A DNA stretch of 64,000 bases from a candidate division WWE3 bacterium (GCA_003599255.1 QZJF01000017.1:35940-99939); one strand, 5' to 3'. Numbered from the stretch's first letter, positions 37,411-46,960 are shown. Made by a program: numbers and translations. The notes: generated by a model from the sequence alone, not told the origin.

Positions 37411-39137
37411 TGAATAAAAAATTAACTGCTAAAACTCAATACCTGAACCCCATTCTAGGTGAGAATATCATGAGCTTCTCTAGAGCAATGACCGTTACTC
37501 CGGACAGCGACGAGTTAATGCTAAAAAAAGGTACGTTATATGCGATCGTCAGCGTTGCCGGAAATTCAGCTTATGATCCTGAATTGGTTTCAAAAGTAGT
37601 TTCCGATGTGCTCCATGAATCTTATTATCAATCCGATAACATTTCTCCCACGCAATCATTAGAGAAAGCAATAGTAGATGTACGCGACAAAGTTCTTCAG
37701 CTTTCAAATGAAACTATCAGTCCGGAGGAACAGTCCAGTGTTTTTAGCATAATTACAGCTGTTTTGTGGGGAAATGTTCTTTACGTCGTACAATACGGAG
37801 ATGCCAAGGGATACGTAACACGGGCAGGCGAAATTAAACCCATAAATACTACACCGGAAGGTGCCTTTGCCGCATCTACCGGAGTGGTTAAAGACGAAGA
37901 TGTGATAATTCTCTGTTCCTCGGAATTCGGGAATAACTATCCGCCTGAAAGACTCTTGACGATGTCCATAGGGGAACAGGAGCTAAAACCCGGGGAAGCC
38001 TGTTTATTAATGAAATTCTTGGTGGACACAACCTTTACGCAGGATGAGATCGTAGATTTCGGAATTGATACAATCGTAAGCAAAAATAAGCCGGGCAGGG
38101 TTTTTTCTTCATTACTGGAAAGGCTTTCGGCACTGAAGAAACCGCGAAAAATTCAGGAAGAGAAACCCGAAACATTTTCAATCCGACTTAAAAGTCCTGA
38201 CAAAATCAAGATGCGATTTAAATTTAAAACCTGGATGCTCGTCCCGATCATACTAACAGCCTTAGCGGTATCTGTTTTTTACACTGTTAAAAATAGAGAT
38301 GAATCCGGGAACCTGGAGAGCCCTGAACAAAACACCGTTCTTTCCGAAACATCAACTGAAGTGGGGATGCCCCCCAACGAAGAGGTGGATGAAGAAGTAT
38401 TTTATGACATAAAGATCACTGATGCAGGAGCTTCCCCTAATAGTATCGCGGTGTTTTCAGACTATATCGTGGTATCGGATAAAAGTACCGGAAAAATTTA
38501 CAAATCTGGCGTGGAAACACCAAAATTTGAGGCCGTGGATGTTTCGTTTCCGGGGATAACAAACATGATCAATATCGGGGGAATGCTTGGATTTACAGAT
38601 AACGAAGGGTACAAAGTATTTGACCTGGAGGAAACTAAGACAACCGAAAGCTATGCTCAAGGCGATTTGGGGGCCACTTCGGCATATACTGACTTTGTAT
38701 ACACAATACAAGAAGACAAGATTACCAGATATTCCAAAGAGGAATCTGGACTAAGCGGAGTCCTCTGGGGCCAAAGTGCTGATTTTAAAGGAGCGCGTTC
38801 TCTTTCCGTAGCGTACAGTATATATGTACTTACTGAATCCGGAGGCCTGGTTAAGTTTACATCTGGTACGAAAGAGGACTTTCAGGTTTCCGGTGACAAT
38901 AGTGCCCTCTCCGATCCTATTCAGATATTGGCCGACATCGATTTCGATTATATTTATGTAGCAGATAAAGGAAATATGCGTGTGGCTGTGTTTGACGAGG
39001 AAGGGGAGTTTATAAGAGAATACCGGGCAAAAAAAGAGACCCGTTGGAATGATATGAGAGGGATAGGGGTTTCCCCTGACGAGAAAACTCTGTTTGTCCT
39101 AAGCGGTACCAGAGTATACAAAACGGCGCTTGAATAA
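37410..39137 (+). CDS. Membrane protein: degenerate PP2C-like N-terminal domain, TM helix, C-terminal NHL/beta-propeller
   Basis: KGTLYAIV...LHESYY...SLEKAI...LYVVQYGD...DVIILCS; TM near aa 275-292; IYVADKGNMRVAVFDEEG. Confidence 0.7.
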   Translation: MNKKLTAKTQYLNPILGENIMSFSRAMTVTPDSDELMLKKGTLYAIVSVAGNSAYDPELVSKVVSDVLHESYYQSDNISPTQSLEKAIVDVRDKVLQLSNETISPEEQSSVFSIITAVLWGNVLYVVQYGDAKGYVTRAGEIKPINTTPEGAFAASTGVVKDEDVIILCSSEFGNNYPPERLLTMSIGEQELKPGEACLLMKFLVDTTFTQDEIVDFGIDTIVSKNKPGRVFSSLLERLSALKKPRKIQEEKPETFSIRLKSPDKIKMRFKFKTWMLVPIILTALAVSVFYTVKNRDESGNLESPEQNTVLSETSTEVGMPPNEEVDEEVFYDIKITDAGASPNSIAVFSDYIVVSDKSTGKIYKSGVETPKFEAVDVSFPGITNMINIGGMLGFTDNEGYKVFDLEETKTTESYAQGDLGATSAYTDFVYTIQEDKITRYSKEESGLSGVLWGQSADFKGARSLSVAYSIYVLTESGGLVKFTSGTKEDFQVSGDNSALSDPIQILADIDFDYIYVADKGNMRVAVFDEEGEFIREYRAKKETRWNDMRGIGVSPDEKTLFVLSGTRVYKTALE

Positions 39138-39145
39138 TCATCTAG

Positions 39146-39174
39146 TTGACCTTATTGCTTTAAGAAAGTAAAAT
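39146..39174 (+). promoter_or_regulatory. Sigma70-type promoter
   Basis: TTGACC-17 nt-TAAAAT upstream of the zinc-ribbon gene and rplY. Confidence 0.65.
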
Positions 39175-39235
39175 ACCAGTTATCCTGCTTGAAAGGCAGA
39201 GGGTAGACGCAAGTTTTACCCTTTAGTAAAGGCAC

Positions 39236-39589
39236 ATGCTTGAGAAAAGATTCATAATAGAAAATCTACAGAAAACATACTGCTATAGGTGCGGGACCAG
39301 TCTCGAAGGAGCTAAATTGATCACCATATCAGAAGCGCCGATAGCTTTGGTTGCGCATGCAGTATGCGCTATATGTAAAGCTGAAAGCATGGTCACAATT
39401 ACGCCTACCGGCAGTGGGAGCGTGCCCGTACAATCTGACTTGAATGGAGAAGAATTTAAAAAATTTATAGGGGCAAAAGCAGTTAGTTACGATGAGCTTC
39501 TTGATTTGCACGTTGCCCTAAAAAAGAAAAACATATGGAGCTTACTGGCCAAAAAAGAGAAAAAACCGGCAAACAAACGAAAAGCCTGA
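39236..39589 (+). CDS. Hypothetical zinc-ribbon protein
   Basis: CYRC...CAIC pairs, VSYDELLDLH; 3' end overlaps rplY by 55 nt. Confidence 0.72.
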   Translation: MLEKRFIIENLQKTYCYRCGTSLEGAKLITISEAPIALVAHAVCAICKAESMVTITPTGSGSVPVQSDLNGEEFKKFIGAKAVSYDELLDLHVALKKKNIWSLLAKKEKKPANKRKA

Positions 39590-40206
39590 GAAAAACAGGA
39601 ATTATACCCGCAGTTGTATACGGAAACGATATCACTCCTTCGTCCATTCAGTTGAATTTGAATGAATTTATCAAGGTTTATGGCGAAATAGGCGAAACCG
39701 GTCTTATTGACCTTAAGCTTGAAAAGGAAACACACAAAATACTTATTAATGATGTGCAGTATGATCCTATTTCCGGAAGAATAATACATACAGGACTTTA
39801 CAAACCCAACCTTAAGGAAAAAACTGAGGTTGAAGTTCCTGTTGAAATCATAGGAGAGGCTAAAAATCCGTTACTAAAAAGCGGGGGGGCAATATTATTG
39901 ACCTTACTTAACGAAGTCCGTGTAAGCGCACTGCCGACTGATTTACCGGACGCATTTGTGGTTGACGTATCGGGACTACTAGAACCGGGAGCCGGCATTA
40001 CAGTTGCAGAATTAAAGTATGACAAGGGTAAAGTGGAAATTGTTGATAGTGACCCCGAAGAACTTGTTGTTAAACTTGATGTACCTACCATGGAAGAACC
40101 TGAAGAGGAAGTTCCCGTAACTGAGGAAGAGGCAATTGCACAGATGGAGGCAACAGAAGAGAAAGAAGAAGACGAAGAAGAGGCATCTGAGAAGGCGCAA
40201 GAGTAA
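39535..40206 (+). CDS. rplY: 50S ribosomal protein bL25 (long CTC form)
   Basis: KSLRKTGIIPAVVYG, DVQYDPISGRIIH, VEVPV, LPTDLPDAFVVDVS, acidic tail. Confidence 0.93.
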   Translation: MELTGQKREKTGKQTKSLRKTGIIPAVVYGNDITPSSIQLNLNEFIKVYGEIGETGLIDLKLEKETHKILINDVQYDPISGRIIHTGLYKPNLKEKTEVEVPVEIIGEAKNPLLKSGGAILLTLLNEVRVSALPTDLPDAFVVDVSGLLEPGAGITVAELKYDKGKVEIVDSDPEELVVKLDVPTMEEPEEEVPVTEEEAIAQMEATEEKEEDEEEASEKAQE

Positions 40207-40340
40207 TTCCCCGATTTTACAATATATTCCAAAAGTTATATCATAGGTATCACCAAAAATCGTAGGTCGTAAACCCATGAATCGTGCGGAATTCCTGAGG
40301 TATGACAACAAAACCATATTCAGAGTAAAGAGGAGACAGT

Positions 40341-40472
40341 ATGCTAACCTACATTAAGTGTGTCGTCAGTCGTGTGCGTCATTTCGTGAACGCAGGATGG
40401 TGTCCGAGGTGCAAACAGAATTCAGTTGTGGACGGTATCTGTGAAATTTGCGGGTGGCCGCACTGCAAGTAG
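40341..40472 (+). CDS. 43-aa zinc-ribbon microprotein (below the ORF-track cutoff)
   Basis: AGAGGAG SD; MLTYIKCVVSRVRHFVNAGWCPRCKQNSVVDGICEICGWPHCK*; terminator at 40514-40554. Confidence 0.6.
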   Translation: MLTYIKCVVSRVRHFVNAGWCPRCKQNSVVDGICEICGWPHCK

Positions 40473-40513
40473 CCTCGTAGGTGAGCAACCATTGATTTAC
40501 CGGTAATATCTTT

Positions 40514-40554
40514 AGGGGAATTTGATACTCCGCACTATCATTTTCCCCTTTTTT
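40514..40554 (+). terminator. Intrinsic terminator
   Basis: AGGGGAA..TGATA...TATCA..TTCCCCT followed by a T run. Confidence 0.65.
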
Positions 40555-40559
40555 ATTTC

Positions 40560-40612
40560 AAAAAACAAAACAGGGAAGTGGAAAACCAATTGAATGGTTT
40601 TGAACTTCCCTG
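40560..40612 (-). terminator. Intrinsic terminator ending the accessory gene run
   Basis: CAGGGAAGT..AAAACCA...TGGTTTT..ACTTCCCTG hairpin followed by TTTTGTTTTTT on the minus strand. Confidence 0.75.
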
Positions 40613-40623
40613 GAATTTTCAGA

Positions 40624-41934
40624 TCATTCTGCGGGCACAGGATGGGTTGCAGACCAGACGAGAAGGGCCTTTAACGCATCTTCCGCACGGGCGGGACGTT
40701 TTCTGCTCCTGCGGCGCTGGCGTTTGCCGGCATCTTCCTCGGATTGCGTTACATCTTCCTCGGAACCACCGGAATCCTCCTCCTCTTCTTCCTCACTTTC
40801 AGCAGTGTTGCGCCACATCAAACGGTTAACTTGCTGCATCTCCTGAAGAAATGCAGGGGAAGCAAAATCTTCAATCTGGCGCGTCCGCGTGTTAGCCACG
40901 TTAAGCTTGGGCCATCCAGACTTTTGGATTTTGATAAGTTCCCACCAAGCGGTCATCACAGAGGGACCTACTTCCTCAGCAAGGGCAGCCTCGTGGGAGG
41001 GTTTCCCGCTTTCAGCACCGAGCATAGTACTTATAATCGTCAACGTACCACACTCAAAATGCCCGGCAGTAGCAAGCAATCTCTTGGTTGCAGAAACACT
41101 CGCCGTGGAAATACCACCTGAAATCATACCTGCGTTTGCAGGCTTTATGATTTCATCTGAACGACTGTGGCTCATGAGAATACGGGAAGCCGAATCCATT
41201 AGTACCACAACATCAAACCCGCTGCGCGTCAACTGCTTTGCACGTTCCAAAACAAAACGGGCAACCCAGTAGTGTGCGGCCTCGCGGTCTCCATCAGGAG
41301 TTGTATACAGTTCGACCTGCTCCCGATCGTGCTCCACCTCGCGAAGGATGCTGTAAAATCCCGTTCCATCCTCCGCACGCTCACCTACGTGAAGAATCAA
41401 AATCTTCATCTTAGGATTGCTGCGGGAAACATTAAGCAGTCCCCTAAGCACATCCCGGATGAGCCATGTCTTACCAGTGTCCGGGGGTGAAACAATTCCA
41501 AGCCTTTGCCCATATCCGATAGGACTCAGCAAAGTAGCGGCCCGGATAGAGTGAATGCCGAATTTGTCAATTCGAAGTGCCCTTTTGGCGTAGTCAGCAC
41601 GAAGTGCGCCTACTCCTTCGATTTTCGGGCGATCCAGCACTTTTCTCGGATCTGTCAAACCATTTACGGAAATTATTTTGCCGTTTCCGTTAATGGCTAA
41701 CAAATCACCAGTACCAAGTCCCCACTCTACGACAACATCCTTGGGCAGCTCAATACGGTTCTCCCTCATTACTGTGGGATCCGTAAGGTGGTCCCAGGCA
41801 AAAATCCTGAGCCAATCCGCCGAAGGTATGAACGCAGTATTGGGAATAGGCAACTGGCCACTCTTAACCTGCTGCACAGTGGGTTGCAACTCTTGCTGCA
41901 ACACATATGCGTACTTCAAATCTGCCATACCCAT
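40624..41934 (-). CDS. Divergent transcription termination factor Rho homologue
   Basis: WGLGTGDLL...SVNG (cf. Rho FNLRTGD), PIGYGQRLGIVSPPDTGKT, GERAED, VLERAK, DVVVLMDSASR, SGG, TKRLLATA...GTLTIISTML, TRTR. Confidence 0.85.
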   Translation of the reverse strand: MGMADLKYAYVLQQELQPTVQQVKSGQLPIPNTAFIPSADWLRIFAWDHLTDPTVMRENRIELPKDVVVEWGLGTGDLLAINGNGKIISVNGLTDPRKVLDRPKIEGVGALRADYAKRALRIDKFGIHSIRAATLLSPIGYGQRLGIVSPPDTGKTWLIRDVLRGLLNVSRSNPKMKILILHVGERAEDGTGFYSILREVEHDREQVELYTTPDGDREAAHYWVARFVLERAKQLTRSGFDVVVLMDSASRILMSHSRSDEIIKPANAGMISGGISTASVSATKRLLATAGHFECGTLTIISTMLGAESGKPSHEAALAEEVGPSVMTAWWELIKIQKSGWPKLNVANTRTRQIEDFASPAFLQEMQQVNRLMWRNTAESEEEEEEDSGGSEEDVTQSEEDAGKRQRRRSRKRPARAEDALKALLVWSATHPVPAE

Positions 41935-42097
41935 CTCCTTCTTTTTTATTTCCTACCCGAATTCGGGGTTAGGATCATATAATCTTTTTGGTACGAAATT
42001 ATTAGCAAAAAAACTATCTGATCACAACCCCTGTATTTTTAAAAGAACCTCGGAAGGCAACAGTCACTTTTCAGTTTACTATTGCCTTCCGTAGAAA

Positions 42098-43132
42098 TTA
42101 GTGAGGACGTTCGCTCGACAAAATGTCAAACTCGCTTACCTCTAAACGCTCCGGCTCAGGCACGGGTAACCCGGTCTTGCGGTCCCAAAGCCAGGGATCC
42201 TCCACAAGATACAGATCGAAAGGTTCGCCTTCAGGAAACACCGTGTCTCTGCGCGAGGCAATCGAATGTACTTTGTCAGCGCTTGTCCTGGGGTTATGCG
42301 GTTGCGCAAAGTCACCTACGGCAGCCTGTGCTATTGCGCCAGGGAAAATTCCCAAGGTTCTTTGCAAATCTCCACAGCGTTTGCCAATTGTTCTTGCACA
42401 ATCCACCGTACCAGGTGCCTGATCAAACCATGGTGAAAGGTCGGCGCCTCCTACAACACGGGTCGGCCAGTATATAGACGCGATTTTGAACATTGCCGTC
42501 AATATCCTGGAGAACGTATCCCGCAAAACGCCTGTCTTCGGTCCGCCGATTTTTTCAACATCGGTATCAATCTTCACTTCTTCCAAAAGCGCTGTTGGGC
42601 CGGATGATTCGTTGATATCGTTGCCGGGTATCAGCCCAAAAAACAGCAGTGTCAACCAGACAGGGCGTGCCGTGGCAAAATATGTGGTGTCGGTACAGAC
42701 CACAAATCGTTGCCCTCTTATCCGTTTCCACTCATATACCCAGTAGACAAAAGGTATAGTGGCAATACTTACAAAGATAATTACCAAAATGGTAATGGGG
42801 GACATTTCCTCCGACACAAAAGTCGTCGAACCGAAGTTCGAGAGATTGATTATGGAAACGCGTACCCGTTCGATCAGCAGTCCGAGCAGCGGGGCGAGAA
42901 TTACAAGAGCAATAGTATACATTCCTACGCTCCACACTGTGGTTGCTACCTTTGAAGGCACAACAACCATTTCAAGCCGTGCTCCCGGTCCGGGCCGAAC
43001 AGTCCGTTCCATAAGCCATATCTTGTCGAAATACTTCAGAACCGGTTTTTCAAGCAGCACTCCAAGCGCCACCATCAAACAAGTCCAAAGTATCAAAAAC
43101 AGCCCTATTAGCATGTAAGGTGCTGCGTCCAT
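42098..43132 (-). CDS. Three-TM membrane protein with soluble (possibly PH-like) C-terminus
   Basis: Three hydrophobic segments, then YEW...RFVVCTD; GAGAGGAG upstream. Confidence 0.7.
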   Translation of the reverse strand: MDAAPYMLIGLFLILWTCLMVALGVLLEKPVLKYFDKIWLMERTVRPGPGARLEMVVVPSKVATTVWSVGMYTIALVILAPLLGLLIERVRVSIINLSNFGSTTFVSEEMSPITILVIIFVSIATIPFVYWVYEWKRIRGQRFVVCTDTTYFATARPVWLTLLFFGLIPGNDINESSGPTALLEEVKIDTDVEKIGGPKTGVLRDTFSRILTAMFKIASIYWPTRVVGGADLSPWFDQAPGTVDCARTIGKRCGDLQRTLGIFPGAIAQAAVGDFAQPHNPRTSADKVHSIASRRDTVFPEGEPFDLYLVEDPWLWDRKTGLPVPEPERLEVSEFDILSSERPH

Positions 43133-43278
43133 TAGAATCTTTCTGTACGCTCCTCTCTTTCTAGTATTTGACCCTTTTTTTAATTGGGTAGAATTTGATC
43201 ACAAAAATATTATGTTCAAAACCCACCGAACTAAATTCCAAAGAGCGGTCAAAAAGGATATACCTTTAGTAACCGCTC

Positions 43279-44715
43279 CTATCTTGCATACTCTCTCGGA
43301 TCAACCCATTTTCCTAAGAAATTGTGCGGGTTGAGCCATCCCGGATCCATTTGATACCACTTAACAAAATCGTCCGGATGAAGGTCTGTGACACCAAAGT
43401 GAATATGGGAACCATGGGCGAACCCAGTAGCACCGCACTCTCCAATGACATCGCCCTTCTTAACAGAATCGCCGTAATTAACGCGTAAGGCACTAAGATG
43501 GCCATAGAAGCTGAATATGCCTCCGTGATCAACCCAAAGCGCCAGACCCCAACCAAAAGGATCGTTTTTGTACACGTAACGACTTGGGTTAACCACAACT
43601 CCGTCCGCTACAGCCAGGATAGGCTTGCCGACAGCACACCCATAGTCAACACCTAAGTGAAATGGTGCAGGAGGCGAGACTAATAGGGTAGAACCCCAAT
43701 CCTGACTTAAACCATTATTATCTTGAGGCTTCAACGGAAGCGATAGCCATTGCTGGGCTTCCCCTGAAGCTGCTACGGAAATGTTTTCCGGCAGAAGATC
43801 AAACATTTGCAGGAAGGCCACAAGCATAGACGCCAACCATCCCTCAGCGGAATCATTGTAAACAGTATGCTGAGAAACGTTCAGATCGCCTACTATCGGA
43901 CCGAGCTCCTCATTGATTTTATGAGACCTTCTGACAAGTAGCTCACGGTAGGCTTGGTTACGATTCCAACCGTAAAGTCTGTTGATCTTTTGGGCATCGT
44001 CCAAATCTGCTGAATATCTGATTGCGTCCAACCACCATGCACTTGCATGCGGGGCGGTTTTAGGCAACCAGTAATCGCAGGAGGCGATATCCTGATCTTC
44101 TGACTTGCTCAAACCATCGCGGCAGATTTTGAGTCCGGTTGAGGGAAGTATCCCCTGAGAACCCATCTCTGCTGCAGCACAGTGTCCAATGTAACCGCTG
44201 TAATCATCATAAACGTATTGTGCGGCTATCGGATTGTGTGCTCTGATATCGAATTCCTGCCAGTGCTTTAGATGCCAATCAATGGCAGCCAACTCGACGG
44301 CGGGATTTATATTGGTCAGACCTGCTGCAACGGTTTTAGCGTCACAACTGCCCATGTTTCGGCCACCTCCGGATTCATACTGGAAAATGGCTAACATGAT
44401 ACCAATATCGATATCGGCGTCAAAATCTTCCTTCACCCAGTTGATAGCTGCTATTGTGTTGGCGACAACCTCAGGATCGTATCCCAGGGCTGCAACCTTT
44501 TCCGCATCCGACTGGGATAAACTATACGTTGAGCTTGCGGTTGCCTGAATGCCCAGGATACCGGACAAGGTGCTTTCGAACCAATCCGGCATGGAATCCT
44601 TGAGAACCCCCAACGCTACAACTGTTCCAAATGTAAGCAAACAGAGCAGCGTTGGGAGTATCAGGGCAACAAGCAGAACCGCGCGCATTAAGCACGATCC
44701 TGGATTTATGCGCAT
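43279..44715 (-). CDS. Membrane-anchored cell-wall hydrolase: lysozyme-like domain + M23 peptidase
   Basis: N-terminal TM; MLAIFQYESGGG...MGSQGILPST (SLT-like); HLGVD, YGHL, VKKGDVIG..GATG, HIHFG (M23 HxxxD/HxH). Confidence 0.85.
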   Translation of the reverse strand: MRINPGSCLMRAVLLVALILPTLLCLLTFGTVVALGVLKDSMPDWFESTLSGILGIQATASSTYSLSQSDAEKVAALGYDPEVVANTIAAINWVKEDFDADIDIGIMLAIFQYESGGGRNMGSCDAKTVAAGLTNINPAVELAAIDWHLKHWQEFDIRAHNPIAAQYVYDDYSGYIGHCAAAEMGSQGILPSTGLKICRDGLSKSEDQDIASCDYWLPKTAPHASAWWLDAIRYSADLDDAQKINRLYGWNRNQAYRELLVRRSHKINEELGPIVGDLNVSQHTVYNDSAEGWLASMLVAFLQMFDLLPENISVAASGEAQQWLSLPLKPQDNNGLSQDWGSTLLVSPPAPFHLGVDYGCAVGKPILAVADGVVVNPSRYVYKNDPFGWGLALWVDHGGIFSFYGHLSALRVNYGDSVKKGDVIGECGATGFAHGSHIHFGVTDLHPDDFVKWYQMDPGWLNPHNFLGKWVDPREYAR

Positions 44716-44735
44716 CGGGGTGTCCTTTCGAGGGG

Positions 44736-46679
44736 TTACCCCTTTGCAACGGTATCCCGACGACGAAGGTAGGCCTCGAGACCGTGCGGAAGTTTGATAT
44801 AAAGGTCCTTGACCAGTATATGACCTCCCTGCCTCGCTTCACGTACAGTAGCCCACTGGTAATCATCGAGGCTAAGCTCCACCACGATCGAGAACGAATG
44901 GGCAAAACCCATAGGGAATTCCCTAAGTTCTTCTTCAGTGTGAGCCGCCATGATTGTTCTGATACCCGCCTTACGGCAGTTGTCCAGAAACCAGCGGAGA
45001 AACTTGCGAAGATTTCCACCAACCTCAGAAGGTACCGTACCAAGGTACACATCGGAATCTGAAGAGGGGATGCCTACCAGATCATCGACCATAACAACAC
45101 ATCGACGCCCGGTTTCCCTGTGGATCTGCTTCCATGCCTCGGTCCATTTGATTAAAAAGGTGTGCACCCACTGAAAGTACAGGGTACTGCCTTCAATTTC
45201 AGGACGGATAACGAGAGGAAGTACCTTCCCGCTGCGTCTGTAATCTTGGATTGCTTCTGCAACAAAGGCAGTTGCGTCCTCGATTATGACTTTCAGTCTC
45301 TCGCGGATCTCTTCTTCAGTGCCGGGATCCTGGATGAGCGAAGCTTCCAAGACCTTGACCTGCCCTCCAAAATCGGGTGCCCAAAAGTTGGCGCCTGCTT
45401 CCGGATCGGCAGAACACTGAATTGTCACGCTCTCTGTTCCTTGCTGAAGCATCCAGGCCGTTGCCAGCGTGGTTTTTCCAGCATTGGAGGGTCCCAGCAA
45501 AAGAATCGACGGAACCTCTTCAATCGGTATGAAGTATTGAGTCTCCTTACCGATCCATCCAAGACACAGATTACCTCCCAGCATAGCATGGCTCACACCT
45601 GACGTGAGTTGCTCCAGAACAAAAGACGGCTTTGCCAACGTGTGTTCAAACCAGCGCGGGGGCGGTGCGGCACCGGGCACATACGCCTTGAATGCAACAC
45701 GCACTTTCTTTCCCCGCAACAGTTCGAACTTACCTAAACGGGCAAGCTGGTTTTCGATAACACGAAAGTCCGGCTCACCGTTGGCCAAGAACGAAGACGT
45801 CTCCGCACGAATGATAATCGTGGCATAGACCTTGAATCTGGTTTTACCGTTCACGTTAGGTAAGAACTTCCGACGCAACCGGGCGAGAACATCAACATCA
45901 AGTGCCATCAGACCTTCGACATTGTGATCTCCCAGAATTCCTGTGTAGAAGCGGTATGCCTTCTTTTGACCCGGGGTGACTTCTATTGTGTAATAGCTGT
46001 CTTCCCAAGTTACTTCCGTGGCCGCATACACCATCGGATCTTCCAGAACCGGGGTATACGAGAGCGGCATCCGCAACAACACGCTTCGCAACATGGGTCC
46101 CGCGTTATTAAAGTCTCCGTCATACTGAGGAATTACTCCCCCAAGTGCGCCGGTGGCTTCTTCTCCGCTGGGGATCATGCTTGAAGCGGGCCCCCACATG
46201 ACCATATCACGCCCACGCTTGGGTTCCAGATTTGAGGGAATGCTCCATTCTTTCTGGACTCCGAGGTATTGTTGATACGACCTCAAGGGGCGATGTTTTG
46301 CCGCAGCATTGAGTAAATCAACATGGGGCTGAACATCTTTTTTTACCGCCCGGATCAACACCATTACGGGGTTGTTCCCATAGAAACGAAATGCTTCTAA
46401 AAGGTTAACGGGACGATGATGAGTTGCCAGTGCCGTCAAGTGCCTAAACTTTTCAGCACCGTTCCCTGTTCCTGTTCTCAGAAACGAAGGATAAAAAACC
46501 GTATGGTTGCGCCTGCCCAAAGACAGAGCACAAAGCTCCAAAAGATCCATCGCATTTTGATACTCTATGTTTCTTTCGGGGCTTAATTCCACTTCTTCCC
46601 CAGACCCTAAGAGTGCGGGGTGGTTTCCGTTTTTCTGAGGCGCCTGCCTCTTCAACAACGGGGCCAACAGATTCTTCAT
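44736..46679 (-). CDS. HerA/FtsK/VirB4-superfamily P-loop ATPase, divergent
   Basis: LLLGPSNAGKTT (Walker A), CVVMVDD (Walker B), CRKAGIRTIMAAH (cf. GRKxG...ATQ); CAGGAGG SD. Confidence 0.7.
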   Translation of the reverse strand: MKNLLAPLLKRQAPQKNGNHPALLGSGEEVELSPERNIEYQNAMDLLELCALSLGRRNHTVFYPSFLRTGTGNGAEKFRHLTALATHHRPVNLLEAFRFYGNNPVMVLIRAVKKDVQPHVDLLNAAAKHRPLRSYQQYLGVQKEWSIPSNLEPKRGRDMVMWGPASSMIPSGEEATGALGGVIPQYDGDFNNAGPMLRSVLLRMPLSYTPVLEDPMVYAATEVTWEDSYYTIEVTPGQKKAYRFYTGILGDHNVEGLMALDVDVLARLRRKFLPNVNGKTRFKVYATIIIRAETSSFLANGEPDFRVIENQLARLGKFELLRGKKVRVAFKAYVPGAAPPPRWFEHTLAKPSFVLEQLTSGVSHAMLGGNLCLGWIGKETQYFIPIEEVPSILLLGPSNAGKTTLATAWMLQQGTESVTIQCSADPEAGANFWAPDFGGQVKVLEASLIQDPGTEEEIRERLKVIIEDATAFVAEAIQDYRRSGKVLPLVIRPEIEGSTLYFQWVHTFLIKWTEAWKQIHRETGRRCVVMVDDLVGIPSSDSDVYLGTVPSEVGGNLRKFLRWFLDNCRKAGIRTIMAAHTEEELREFPMGFAHSFSIVVELSLDDYQWATVREARQGGHILVKDLYIKLPHGLEAYLRRRDTVAKG

Positions 46680-46820
46680 CAGTAGAAACCTCCTGTTCGT
46701 TTTTTTGCCTCTTAACCTGTATGGCTAGGGCTTAGATCCGCTTTCCTAAATAAAGAAAAACAGGTCAAAGCCCTAGTTCAACTTACGGTTAAAGGCACTT
46801 TCTAGATTGTAAAAGTACAA

Positions 46821-46896
46821 CTTAAGCTGTTTCGATCTCAGTCATTTAATTGACGCGATCTCATCAGGCCCGGGAATTACCGGACTACAGGATAAG
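46821..46896 (-). ncRNA. Type III hammerhead ribozyme
   Basis: Minus strand: CUUAUC-CUGUA^-GUCCGG UAAUUC CCGGGC-CUGAUGA-GAUC GC GUCA AUUAAA UGAC UGA GAUC-GAAA-CAG-CUUAAG. All core nucleotides and three stems are present. Confidence 0.9.
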
Positions 46897-46909
46897 AAAT
46901 TAAAAGGAG

Positions 46910-46952
46910 CGGGTGCCCAAAACAGAACTATTGTTTTGTCTTGGGACACCCG
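46910..46952 (-). terminator. Hairpin after the small membrane gene (terminator or stabiliser)
   Basis: CGGGTG(T)CCCAAGACA...TGTTTTGGGCACCCG followed by CTCCTTTT. Confidence 0.55.
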
Positions 46953-46960
46953 TAGTGCTC

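Noticed and set aside
44522-45062. Overlapping alternative-frame ORFs in the accessory region (e.g. 44522..45052, 44652..45062)
   Set aside because: Shadow ORFs of GC-richer coding DNA with no SD or recognisable motifs.
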